Virus record (IMG/VR): IMGVR_UViG_3300043418_000120
Coordinates: 1-64,000 of that record
Reading direction: 5' to 3' (one strand)
Source: a virus
Length of the DNA stretch: 64,000 bases
Position 1 is the stretch's first letter, and every line of letters starts with the position of its first letter. The notes beneath the pieces were generated by a model, which saw nothing but the letters and a program-made list of their open reading frames with translations, made no database searches and was not told where the DNA came from. This document shows positions 56,005-64,000 of this stretch, in pieces. The translations under genes and the position numbers were made by a program.

Positions 56005-56433
56005 ATGGATACAGATAAAGATTTCGATGACGGTAACTGGATGCTCAACTATCCAAAGATCGCCGAGTCCAATAATTTTGCTCCCGTAGTTCGGATGCTT
56101 GCCATCGATCTTCAGAAGTGTCCATACCTTTCCGTGGGCGACTTTCTCAAGAACATGAGCGACATCGGTCTTAATGAGTTGATGGAGCTGTCTGGCGATA
56201 AGGCTGAGATGGATGAGGCTACGCTAGAGCAGATGATGATTCTGACATTGATGTTGTCTCGAGCCGAAGGTTCAGAAGACTTTAATATGGACGAGACTGG
56301 TCGACAGGTTGGCGTACTTCGTATGCTGATTACCTGCGAGTCGTTGGCTCGTAAAGGTTTGATTCGTGTGTTCCATGAGAACATGACATTGGGTACAGAT
56401 ATGGGCGACAAGCCTGTGGCGGAGAAATTATGA
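56005..56433 (+). CDS. hypothetical protein
   Basis: GAGG RBS; PYLSVGDFL...E.LARKGL. Confidence 0.7.
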   Translation: MDTDKDFDDGNWMLNYPKIAESNNFAPVVRMLAIDLQKCPYLSVGDFLKNMSDIGLNELMELSGDKAEMDEATLEQMMILTLMLSRAEGSEDFNMDETGRQVGVLRMLITCESLARKGLIRVFHENMTLGTDMGDKPVAEKL

Positions 56434-56609
56434 CAGCACCAGCATGGAAGAAGCGTAAGATTGAGACTGAGCGAGTTCGTCGAATGACCAAGGAAGAGTT
56501 CATGATTGAGTGGGTATTCCTTCGCGCAAGTTTCCGTGAAGACTTCTCAGGTACAGCTGCTGCTCGTGCTGCTGAGGAAGTCTGGAACGAAATCCAAAAG
56601 AGAAAATAA
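56430..56609 (+). CDS. 59-aa hypothetical protein (not in track)
   Basis: GGAG RBS, ATGA coupling. Confidence 0.55.
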   Translation: MTAPAWKKRKIETERVRRMTKEEFMIEWVFLRASFREDFSGTAAARAAEEVWNEIQKRK

Positions 56610-56610
56610 T

Positions 56611-56955
56611 ATGTTCGAGTTTCGATGGTATAATAATGGTGCTCTTCGTCAACTACAGTACCGAGTGTATCAGAATGTAACTGTTTATGCTGGCATTCCT
56701 AGTCATCAGTTCAAAACAGACACTGCTAAGATGGAGTGGTCAGGCTGGAAGGTTGTTCCTGAACATTATGAGCCATCTGTAACTATCGACGCTGCTCTTG
56801 TCGCTAAACTTCGTGATGAGACTGACTGTCCGATGATGCATTGTAAGAAGGCTCTAGTAATTTGTAACGGCGACTTTGCTGCTGCTAAAGAGTATCTTCG
56901 TAGTGGACGCCTTACAAGTTTCCAACTGACAACAATGAGAGAAAGAATTTCGTGA
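56611..56955 (+). CDS. phage protein fused to an EF-Ts N-terminal (UBA-like) domain
   Basis: [39 protein letters not shown] vs EF-Ts [24 protein letters not shown]...NGD. Confidence 0.75.
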   Translation: MFEFRWYNNGALRQLQYRVYQNVTVYAGIPSHQFKTDTAKMEWSGWKVVPEHYEPSVTIDAALVAKLRDETDCPMMHCKKALVICNGDFAAAKEYLRSGRLTSFQLTTMRERIS

Positions 56956-57072
56956 AGTGGTATGACTATTTAAAATCGAACAAGCAACACACAGCTGGTG
57001 AAGATTTGGCAGATTCAGTTGCCCTCTTCATCATTTTGGGTCTTGTGATGTTCATGGTCTTTGGAACATAAT

Positions 57073-57285
57073 ATGAAACAAGTAAAATACTGTACAGATT
57101 GTAAGTGGTCGAAACCCGAAATCAATTCAGAGTGGAACCTTCGTTGCGCTCACCCTGAGGTTAATGCTCGAGACCCTTGGGCTTTGTCTGCTAAAGTGAT
57201 TGGCGGGACATCTTGTCGCGAGGAACGCGAAGTTCGCTGGTTTGCCACTTGTGGTATGAAAGGTAAGTTATGGATGGCCAAGTAA
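57073..57285 (+). CDS. Cys-rich zinc-binding protein
   Basis: CTDCKW...C.HP...C..ER.....CG..GK. Confidence 0.65.
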   Translation: MKQVKYCTDCKWSKPEINSEWNLRCAHPEVNARDPWALSAKVIGGTSCREEREVRWFATCGMKGKLWMAK

Positions 57286-57641
57286 CACTGTTGCTGATAT
57301 TCCTGTTGTTTACAAAACACTTCATTGTAGACTTTCCTCTTCAGACAGAATATCAATGGCGTAACAAGGGAACCTACCTGCATCCAGGTGGTTTGCTACA
57401 TGCTAGTTGTCATGCTGGTGCGACACTGATGTGTTTCGCTTGGTATGCTCCGCTTGCTGCTTACTTCTTAGCTGCGATTGACTTCTTTGTTCACTATCAC
57501 ATTGACTGGGCGAAGATGAACATTAATGCTAAGTATGGTTGGAAGGCTGACTCTCACCCTGAGTTCTGGTATTTACTTGGACTCGATCAGTTCTTACATG
57601 CGGTAACATACATTGGGTTGGTCTATCTAGTAACACCATAA
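57270..57641 (+). CDS. DUF3307-like membrane protein
   Basis: KHF..DF.LQ, H...H, HYHID..K, GLDQ.LH. Confidence 0.8.
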   Translation: MDGQVTLLLIFLLFTKHFIVDFPLQTEYQWRNKGTYLHPGGLLHASCHAGATLMCFAWYAPLAAYFLAAIDFFVHYHIDWAKMNINAKYGWKADSHPEFWYLLGLDQFLHAVTYIGLVYLVTP

Positions 57642-57651
57642 GGAGTGTGAC

Positions 57652-57795
57652 ATGAAGTACAGTAAAGATATGATTATGCAGGTTCGTGAATTGATGGAAC
57701 GTCACTGCGATGTCGTTGCTATTGCTCACCGCCTTAACTTTGATGTTTCTGATGTTCAGACAATCATCGAAATCATAAAACAAGTTGTTACTTGA
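57652..57795 (+). CDS. 47-aa HTH-like microprotein (not in track)
   Basis: AGGAG RBS; DVVAIAHRLNFDVSDVQTII. Confidence 0.55.
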   Translation: MKYSKDMIMQVRELMERHCDVVAIAHRLNFDVSDVQTIIEIIKQVVT

Positions 57796-58091
57796 TGGGA
57801 CTACGATATAGAAACCGAGTTGGCACTAAGGATGCTTGGATAAACATTTCCAAGTCTGGTGTGTCGACTTCGTTTAAGTTTGGTGATGACATTACTGTCA
57901 ACAGCAAGCAAGGAACTACTGTCAATCTTGGTGGTGGTTTCTACTGGAAGTCAAGCAAACCAAAAAGTAAACGATTAGACTTACCTTCTGGTGAGATGTC
58001 TGACATGACATTTACCATCATCAGCGGCATCTTCGCATGCCTTGGATGGGCGTTGTTCTTTTTGTTCGTATATTTTTGTTTTTTCGCTTGA
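57795..58091 (+). CDS. DUF4236-like membrane protein
   Basis: MGLRYR.....W.NISKSGVS.S.......TVN......TVNL..G; C-terminal TM. Confidence 0.75.
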   Translation: MGLRYRNRVGTKDAWINISKSGVSTSFKFGDDITVNSKQGTTVNLGGGFYWKSSKPKSKRLDLPSGEMSDMTFTIISGIFACLGWALFFLFVYFCFFA

Positions 58092-58127
58092 CATTAAACT
58101 CAAGTTCAGGTATAATTGAACTAAATA
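58088..58127 (+). promoter_or_regulatory. tandem sigma70 and late-type promoter of nadM
   Basis: TTGACA-17-TATAAT immediately followed by ACTAAATA. Confidence 0.7.
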
Positions 58128-58171
58128 AAAGAAAGAGACTGGCAGTCAGTCTCTAAATTCTAGGAGCTAGA

Positions 58172-59143
58172 ATGAAAACAGGTATCTTCATCGGGCGCTT
58201 TCAACCCGCTCACCAAGGTCATGTCCACGCTCTGGGCATCGCATCTACCCAAGTAGATAAACTCTACATCCTCGTCGGTTCAGCCAATGCTTGCCGATCA
58301 ATCAAAAACCCTTGGACATTTTCAGAACGTGCTGCTCGCTTGCGTCAAAAGTTGCGCAACGAAGGTATCAGCAACTTTGAGATTGTTCCACTGAACGACC
58401 ACCCCTACAACGATTCGCAATGGATCGCCGATGTTCGAGCAACAGCTGAACATTATGACATGGGCGCACCAACACTGTTCGGCCACATGAAAGACGGTAA
58501 CGATTACTTGCGTTGGTTTCCTGACTGGAAATTCCGCGACATCGAAGCACAGTACAACATGAACGCAACTCAGATTCGTCAACGCATGTTTGAGTTGAAA
58601 GATCCTGACATGCCCGAAACCGTTCGCGCCGACTACGCTTACTACGAGAAAGAGAAGGCTACATTTGGAAACTACCCATTCCCCGAAACACTCAACTTCA
58701 ACTGCTCTGACGCTGTCCTCGAGTGTCAAGGTCACGTTCTGCTCATCCAACGCAAGTTTGCTCCAGGCGCAGGTAGTTGGGCGCTCCCAGGAGGCTTTCG
58801 TAATCAACGTGAGACTTTTCTCGACTGTGCCATCCGAGAGTTGCAAGAAGAAACCAACGTAAGAGTGCCAGAGAAAGTTCTTCGCGGTTCAATCGTTAAG
58901 ACTGAATTGTTCGATGACCCTCGTCGCTCGTTCGGCATCCCTCGCAACAGCTTGGCTGTGTACATGCGAATCAGCCCTAATCCTGATGGTAGCATGCCAC
59001 GAGCCAACGGTGCCGATGACGCTGCCGAATGCCGCTGGGTGTCCTTGACAGACGCTCTCAACAAGTATGAGTTGTATGACGACCATGCTGCTATCATCTC
59101 GAAAATCACTGGTGTCATGCCTTTACCAGCTTTCGTGAAATAA
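58172..59143 (+). CDS. nadM: bifunctional NMN adenylyltransferase / Nudix hydrolase
   Basis: FIGRFQPAHQGH, GS...KNP, ATQIR; Nudix box GGF.NQ.ET..DCAIRELQEET; ADDA. Confidence 0.93.
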   Translation: MKTGIFIGRFQPAHQGHVHALGIASTQVDKLYILVGSANACRSIKNPWTFSERAARLRQKLRNEGISNFEIVPLNDHPYNDSQWIADVRATAEHYDMGAPTLFGHMKDGNDYLRWFPDWKFRDIEAQYNMNATQIRQRMFELKDPDMPETVRADYAYYEKEKATFGNYPFPETLNFNCSDAVLECQGHVLLIQRKFAPGAGSWALPGGFRNQRETFLDCAIRELQEETNVRVPEKVLRGSIVKTELFDDPRRSFGIPRNSLAVYMRISPNPDGSMPRANGADDAAECRWVSLTDALNKYELYDDHAAIISKITGVMPLPAFVK

Positions 59144-59206
59144 GTGCTTGACATTTATTTCAAATTAAGGTATAATAAACTGTAACAACAAAGTAAGGAG
59201 CTTACT

Positions 59207-60607
59207 ATGAAACTCGCTAAAAACATTCTTCTGAACACTGACAGCTACAAAGTCTCGATGTTCAAACAGTATCCCGCTGGCACAACTGGTGTCTACTCTT
59301 ACATTGAGAGTCGTGGCGGTCGTTATGATGAAACCCTGATGTTTGGTCTCCAAGCATTCATTAAGGAATACCTCTGTGTCCCAATCACCCAAGCCGATAT
59401 TGATGTTGCAGATGAAATTCTTACAGCCCACGGCGAGCCGTTTAATCGTGAGGGCTGGCAATACATCCTTGATAAGCACCAAGGCTTCTTGCCTTTGGTC
59501 ATTCGTGCTGTACCTGAAGGTACTGTGGTCCCTGTCTCGAATGTACTGGCGACTGTCGAAAACACAGACCCAGAGTGTTTCTGGTTAACAACTTATCTTG
59601 AGACTGCCTTGCTCCGTGCCGTTTGGTATGGTACTACTGTGGCTACTCAATCTTACACAATCAAGAAAGTGATTCTTGACTACTTGGAGAAAACTGGTGA
59701 TCCATCAGCTATTGATTTTAAATTGCACGATTTTGGTGCTCGTGGTGTTTCTAGCATGGAGTCTGCAGGCTTGGGTGGTGCAGCCCACTTGGTTAATTTT
59801 ATGGGTACTGATACTATCACTGGCATTCTGTACGCTCGTGAATATTATGGGGCTGGTATTGCTGGATTCTCCATTCCAGCCGCAGAGCACAGTACAATCA
59901 CTTCTTGGGGTCGTGACAACGAAGTAAAAGCCTATGAAAACATGCTTACTCAGTTTGCTCGTCCTGGCTCAATCGTTGCTGTTGTATCAGATTCTTATGA
60001 TGTTTACAACGCTGCGTCAAAACTCTGGGGAGAGCAACTTCGTGAACAAGTTGTTGCTAGTGGCGCAACTGTTGTTATTCGTCCTGACTCAGGCGATCCT
60101 GTTGAAGTTAATCGTAAGCTGATTGAAATTTTGGGAGCAAAGTTTGGATACACAACAAACGCAAAAGGATTCAAAGTCCTTAACAATGTTCGACTTATCC
60201 AAGGGGATGGGGTCAATGAAATGTCCATCCGAACTATTCTTGGTACATTCATGGCGTTGGGATGGTCAGCTGACAACATTGCCTTCGGTATGGGCGGTGC
60301 ATTGTTACAACAAGTCGATCGAGACACCCAACGATTTGCGATGAAGTGTTCTTCTATCAAGGTTGATGGAATCTGGATCAATGTTCAGAAAGATCCTGTT
60401 ACTGACAGCGGTAAGAAGTCAAAGGCTGGTCGCGTTACCTTGTGGACCAACTCTGGTGGTGAGTTTGCTTCGGCAGTAACTCCACCTACTGGTTGGAGCG
60501 ACAAAGGTATCGGTGGCTGGACAGATGCTCTGGTGCCTGTGTACTGGAACGGTAACTTGAGCAAAGATTATACTTTCGCTGAAGTTCGAGCAAATGCTCG
60601 CAAATAA
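59207..60607 (+). CDS. nadV: nicotinamide phosphoribosyltransferase
   Basis: TDSYK, HDFGARG, SIPAAEHS, VVSDSYD, IRPDSG, IQGDG, FGMGGALLQ, KDP.TD.GK.SK.G; own promoter at 59148. Confidence 0.96.
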   Translation: MKLAKNILLNTDSYKVSMFKQYPAGTTGVYSYIESRGGRYDETLMFGLQAFIKEYLCVPITQADIDVADEILTAHGEPFNREGWQYILDKHQGFLPLVIRAVPEGTVVPVSNVLATVENTDPECFWLTTYLETALLRAVWYGTTVATQSYTIKKVILDYLEKTGDPSAIDFKLHDFGARGVSSMESAGLGGAAHLVNFMGTDTITGILYAREYYGAGIAGFSIPAAEHSTITSWGRDNEVKAYENMLTQFARPGSIVAVVSDSYDVYNAASKLWGEQLREQVVASGATVVIRPDSGDPVEVNRKLIEILGAKFGYTTNAKGFKVLNNVRLIQGDGVNEMSIRTILGTFMALGWSADNIAFGMGGALLQQVDRDTQRFAMKCSSIKVDGIWINVQKDPVTDSGKKSKAGRVTLWTNSGGEFASAVTPPTGWSDKGIGGWTDALVPVYWNGNLSKDYTFAEVRANARK

Positions 60608-60681
60608 ATGAAAATACCCCTTGACTTTAATAGAGTCTTGGGGTATAATTGTGGTTGATTTTGATTTGAAAGATTTTTGTA

Positions 60682-61779
60682 ATGTCACATTTTTTCCGTA
60701 ACGGTAACACTTTCCGCATCGCCGACGACAACGCTCTCGATATTCATAAGCACTTACCTGTTGGTAATTACACTGTGAAGCAGGATCCATTTGGCAACTT
60801 CTTCTTGGAGATGATTGACTCATTCCCCAAGCCAAAGAAGCTGTATGGTAACACGGTTCGTCATGCCGATCGTATCATCCAGACATTCTTGTCTCGCGAT
60901 GTGTCGACAGGTGTTCTGTTGAACGGTGAGAAGGGTTCTGGTAAGACTTTGCTTGCTAAGCAGTTGGGCATTGTCTGTGCTGCTATGGACATCCCTACCA
61001 TCGTTATCAACAACGACTGGCACGGTGATGGTTTTAACAAACTGATCCAAGACATCGATCAGCCTTGCGTTATCTTGTTCGACGAGTTCGAGAAGGTTTA
61101 CGGTGAGGAAGAACAACAAGCCATCTTGACATTAATGGACGGTGTGTTCCCAACCAAGAAGTTGTTTGTTCTGACTTGTAATGACAAGTGGCGCATCAAC
61201 TCTCATATGCGTAACCGTCCAGGTCGTTTGTTCTACATGTTAGAATTCCGTGGTTTGGATGTTGACTTCATCACTGAGTACTGCGAAGATAACTTGGACG
61301 ACAAGTCTCACATCAACCGCATCTGTCAGTTGTCAGCCTTGTTTGCTGAATTCAACTTCGACATGTTGAAGGCTCTTGTTGAGGAAATGAACCGCTACCA
61401 AGAAGACCCTCGTGCTGCTATGGAGATGTTGAATGCCAAGCCAGAGTACGATGGTGGTTCTAAGTACAATGTGGCGGTGTTGCATAACGGCAAGCCTGTC
61501 GAAAAGGTAAACCCATCTACTTGGGAAGGCAACCCACTGTCAACCAGCAAGGTTCGTGTCTACTTCTCAGCTCCACCTGCTGTGGCTAAGAAGCGTAAGG
61601 ACAACGATGGCATCGAGTTGGAAGCCGACGAAGACGACTGGAACGATATCTCAGTTGGTCAAACCGAACTGGTCCAAGTCCTCCCACAGGAAGGCAAGTT
61701 CATCTACAAGACTGGTGAGACAGTCGTTACCCTGACTAAGCATCAGGACGTAAAGTTCGTCCATTGGGACGCTCTTTAA
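60682..61779 (+). CDS. AAA+ ATPase
   Basis: GEKGSGKT, LFDEFEK, LTCN, NRPGR; promoter at 60621. Confidence 0.9.
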   Translation: MSHFFRNGNTFRIADDNALDIHKHLPVGNYTVKQDPFGNFFLEMIDSFPKPKKLYGNTVRHADRIIQTFLSRDVSTGVLLNGEKGSGKTLLAKQLGIVCAAMDIPTIVINNDWHGDGFNKLIQDIDQPCVILFDEFEKVYGEEEQQAILTLMDGVFPTKKLFVLTCNDKWRINSHMRNRPGRLFYMLEFRGLDVDFITEYCEDNLDDKSHINRICQLSALFAEFNFDMLKALVEEMNRYQEDPRAAMEMLNAKPEYDGGSKYNVAVLHNGKPVEKVNPSTWEGNPLSTSKVRVYFSAPPAVAKKRKDNDGIELEADEDDWNDISVGQTELVQVLPQEGKFIYKTGETVVTLTKHQDVKFVHWDAL

Positions 61780-61781
61780 GA

Positions 61782-61897
61782 TAACCCTACAGATTGTAAG
61801 GGTTTGCAAGCCCCTACAGGCGGTAATCCTGTAGGGGCTTTACATTTAATCAAGATTCAGGTATAATTACTCTATTGATTTGATAAGAAGACTGATA
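61782..61897 (+). repeat. double-palindrome cassette header
   Basis: CCCTAC-agatt-GTAAGG, then perfect 13-bp inverted repeat 61808-61840, TTTACA-17-TATAAT, and a leader shared with header 50333. Confidence 0.8.
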
Positions 61898-64000
61898 ATG
61901 ACGAAAATTACCAATGACCTCGCTACTCGCCTGTTGGCTCAAGAAAACTTGATGATCAACCGCGCACCCGTCAAGACTGCATCTTTCAACGTACTGCACC
62001 GAATCTTGACTCTGCCAATGTGGCAAAACATGACTCCCGAGATCGAGGAGATGTTGAAGGCTCACGAAGTTGGCCACGCCCTTTACACTGACGAATCGAT
62101 CTTCGCAGGACATCAAACTAAAAACCCAAAACTGCCTTTCGGCTACCTGAACATCCTTGAAGATGCGCGCATCGAGAAATTGATGAAGCGTAAGTATCCT
62201 GGCTTGCGTAAAGTATTCACGCAAGGTTATGTTGAATTGAACAACCGCGACTTCTTCGGTCTCATGGGTAAGCCTCGTAAGCTGCAGTTGATCGATCGTA
62301 TCAACCTGTGGTTCAAAGTTGGATACGCGTCTGGTGTCAAATTTTCTGTCGCTGAGAAGTACTTGGTCGAGAAGGCTGAGAAGATGGAAACCATCAGCGA
62401 TGTCGTTGACTTGGCTAAGACTATCTACGCATTCTCATTGCGCGAAAAGCAAAAAGCCCTTGATGCTTTGAAGAGTTCTGCTGACTACAAGAAATTGAAA
62501 GAAGAAGAGAAGAAAGACATCGAGGAAGACCTCGAACTAGAAGCTCTGATGGACGAAGATGAGAAATTCTTTGACGATGACGATTGGTCCAGCTCACCTC
62601 CCGAATATACAGAACCAGACGAAGATACGCCTGAGGAAGACCTCGAGCAAGTAAAGGTTCGTAGCAATGAGACAGCTGCTGGTGACAGTTATGAGGCTGA
62701 TGTAGATGGCGAAACCCTTGACACCGACATGTCTCAAGAAGACTTGAAAGAGTTAGAATCTGTTACCAACAAAGCCTTTGACGAAAAGCTCGCCACTGCT
62801 GCTGACACAAGCACTGAGTATGTCTACTTGGGTTTGCCCGACACATCTAAGATGAATGCGAAGGTAGACTACAAGACTGTCGTTCGTGAAACCAATGCTC
62901 TCTTGGATGGTAAGAAACATCAATTCCACATCACTTCTTACTACAAAGAGTACGAAGATTTTAAGGTTGAGAACAGCCGTGTCGTCAACTATCTCTACAA
63001 AGAATTTGAGATGAAGAAGGCTGCTTCTGCTTACAAGCGCACCTCTACTGCAAAGACTGGTGTTCTTGATGTGGCGAAGATTGCTTCTTACCGAATCCGC
63101 GAAGACTTGTTCAAGCAAATTACTATCACCAAAGATGGTCAGAAGCATGGCATGTTGTTTACGATCGACTGGTCAGGTTCTATGAACGAATACTTGCACG
63201 AAACTGTCAAGCAAGTTATCTCATTGGCAACCTTCTGCTATCGTGCCAAGATTCCGTTCGAAGTATATGCATTCAGCGACAACGTCGATGGTGGCAGTCG
63301 TTATGACGACTACCGTGGTAGCATCGATCTTGATTCTACTTACGATAAAGGTAAGTTTGTTATCGATCAACGATTCCAAATGTTGGAGTTCTTCAGTCAC
63401 CGCATGACCGTGAGCGAGTTCAATACTATGTGCCGTAACTTGTTTGTTATGTCGCGTTCGGATGATGCTCGTCAATGGGTGCCTTCTCGCGATAAAGATA
63501 TGCAGAATGTTGCACTATATTCTCACCCTGCGAAGTACCAATTGAACGGCACACCTTTGAATGAAGCGATGGTTTGGTTCTACAACTACTGTGGCGAATT
63601 CAAGCGTAACAACCAAGTTGAGAAGTTGACATTGATCAAATTGACCGATGGCGATGCTCACGGTTTCCAACGCTACATTACTGATCGTAATGACCGTGGC
63701 GCTTGGGATTCTCGTTACATTGAGAGAACTCGTTATGCTTACAACGAAGTCGAACGTCAACATGTTCGCTACAAGATTGAGACTTTGTTGCAAGACGATG
63801 TTACCAAGAAGACTTACAACTACACACCAGAAGATGCTACTAACATTATCTGCAAAATGATCCAAGATCGTTATGAAGCTGCTGTTGTTGGTTATCACGT
63901 AGTTGGTTCTGGTCGCCGTGAGTTGACTTACACTTTACAACGCTACCGCATTGCTGACGAAAAGACTGCTCGCGAGGCTTTGGCCATCGACATCCGTAAG
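61898..64000 (+). CDS. HExxH metallopeptidase-like / VWA (CobT-like) protein; 3'-truncated, absent from ORF track
   Basis: LLAQENL...TASF....R.LTLP.W...HEVGHALYT, N.LEDARIEK.....YPG, acidic linker, MIDAS DWSGSM, GTPLNE, LTDG. Confidence 0.85.
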   Translation, partial: MTKITNDLATRLLAQENLMINRAPVKTASFNVLHRILTLPMWQNMTPEIEEMLKAHEVGHALYTDESIFAGHQTKNPKLPFGYLNILEDARIEKLMKRKYPGLRKVFTQGYVELNNRDFFGLMGKPRKLQLIDRINLWFKVGYASGVKFSVAEKYLVEKAEKMETISDVVDLAKTIYAFSLREKQKALDALKSSADYKKLKEEEKKDIEEDLELEALMDEDEKFFDDDDWSSSPPEYTEPDEDTPEEDLEQVKVRSNETAAGDSYEADVDGETLDTDMSQEDLKELESVTNKAFDEKLATAADTSTEYVYLGLPDTSKMNAKVDYKTVVRETNALLDGKKHQFHITSYYKEYEDFKVENSRVVNYLYKEFEMKKAASAYKRTSTAKTGVLDVAKIASYRIREDLFKQITITKDGQKHGMLFTIDWSGSMNEYLHETVKQVISLATFCYRAKIPFEVYAFSDNVDGGSRYDDYRGSIDLDSTYDKGKFVIDQRFQMLEFFSHRMTVSEFNTMCRNLFVMSRSDDARQWVPSRDKDMQNVALYSHPAKYQLNGTPLNEAMVWFYNYCGEFKRNNQVEKLTLIKLTDGDAHGFQRYITDRNDRGAWDSRYIERTRYAYNEVERQHVRYKIETLLQDDVTKKTYNYTPEDATNIICKMIQDRYEAAVVGYHVVGSGRRELTYTLQRYRIADEKTAREALAIDIRK

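Noticed and set aside
61850-63898. Minus-strand ORFs at the window end
   Set aside because: Antisense shadows of the + strand HExxH-VWA gene starting at 61898, which the track missed because it has no stop in the window

Overview
64 kb segment of a large T4-superfamily (Tevenvirinae/Kyanoviridae-like, cyanomyophage-type gene order) myovirus genome, almost all on the + strand. 1-15.5 kb: virion and fibre genes, including a 1738-aa repeat protein and two paralogous ~1.0-1.2 kaa fibre-like proteins. 15.5-35.1 kb: conserved core g13-g14-g15-(no g16)-g17-g18-g19-g20-g67-g21-g22-g23-HNH-g3-uvsY-uvsW-g55-g47-g46, with T4-type late promoters (TATAAATA/CTAAATA). 35.1-64 kb: hyperplastic early region of small genes under sigma70 promoters. 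It encodes an Acb1-like 2H nuclease, a Mesh1/SpoT-type HD hydrolase, an RNA ligase, the NadM-Nudix + NadV NAD salvage pair, an EF-Ts-domain fusion, two AAA ATPases and a HExxH-VWA protein. Most notable observations: (1) about 17 copies of a cassette header, TAA-CCCTAC-N5-GTAGGG + sigma70 promoter + leader/RBS, whose TAA is often the upstream stop codon; copies are mosaics of each other (PeSL-like or integron-like cassette array) and the palindrome has an invariant 5-bp spacer like a protein operator. (2) A separate three-copy element, a consensus sigma70 promoter followed by a conserved 17-nt leader AAC(A/C)GTGTTGGGTTTCT; two copies fire antisense into late genes and one lies in a structured non-coding region near 52 kb. 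(3) A lone minus-strand operon with a glutaminase-less Asn-synthetase-like PP-loop enzyme beside a 2OG-Fe(II) oxygenase. All assignments come from motif recognition and synteny; no searches were run.
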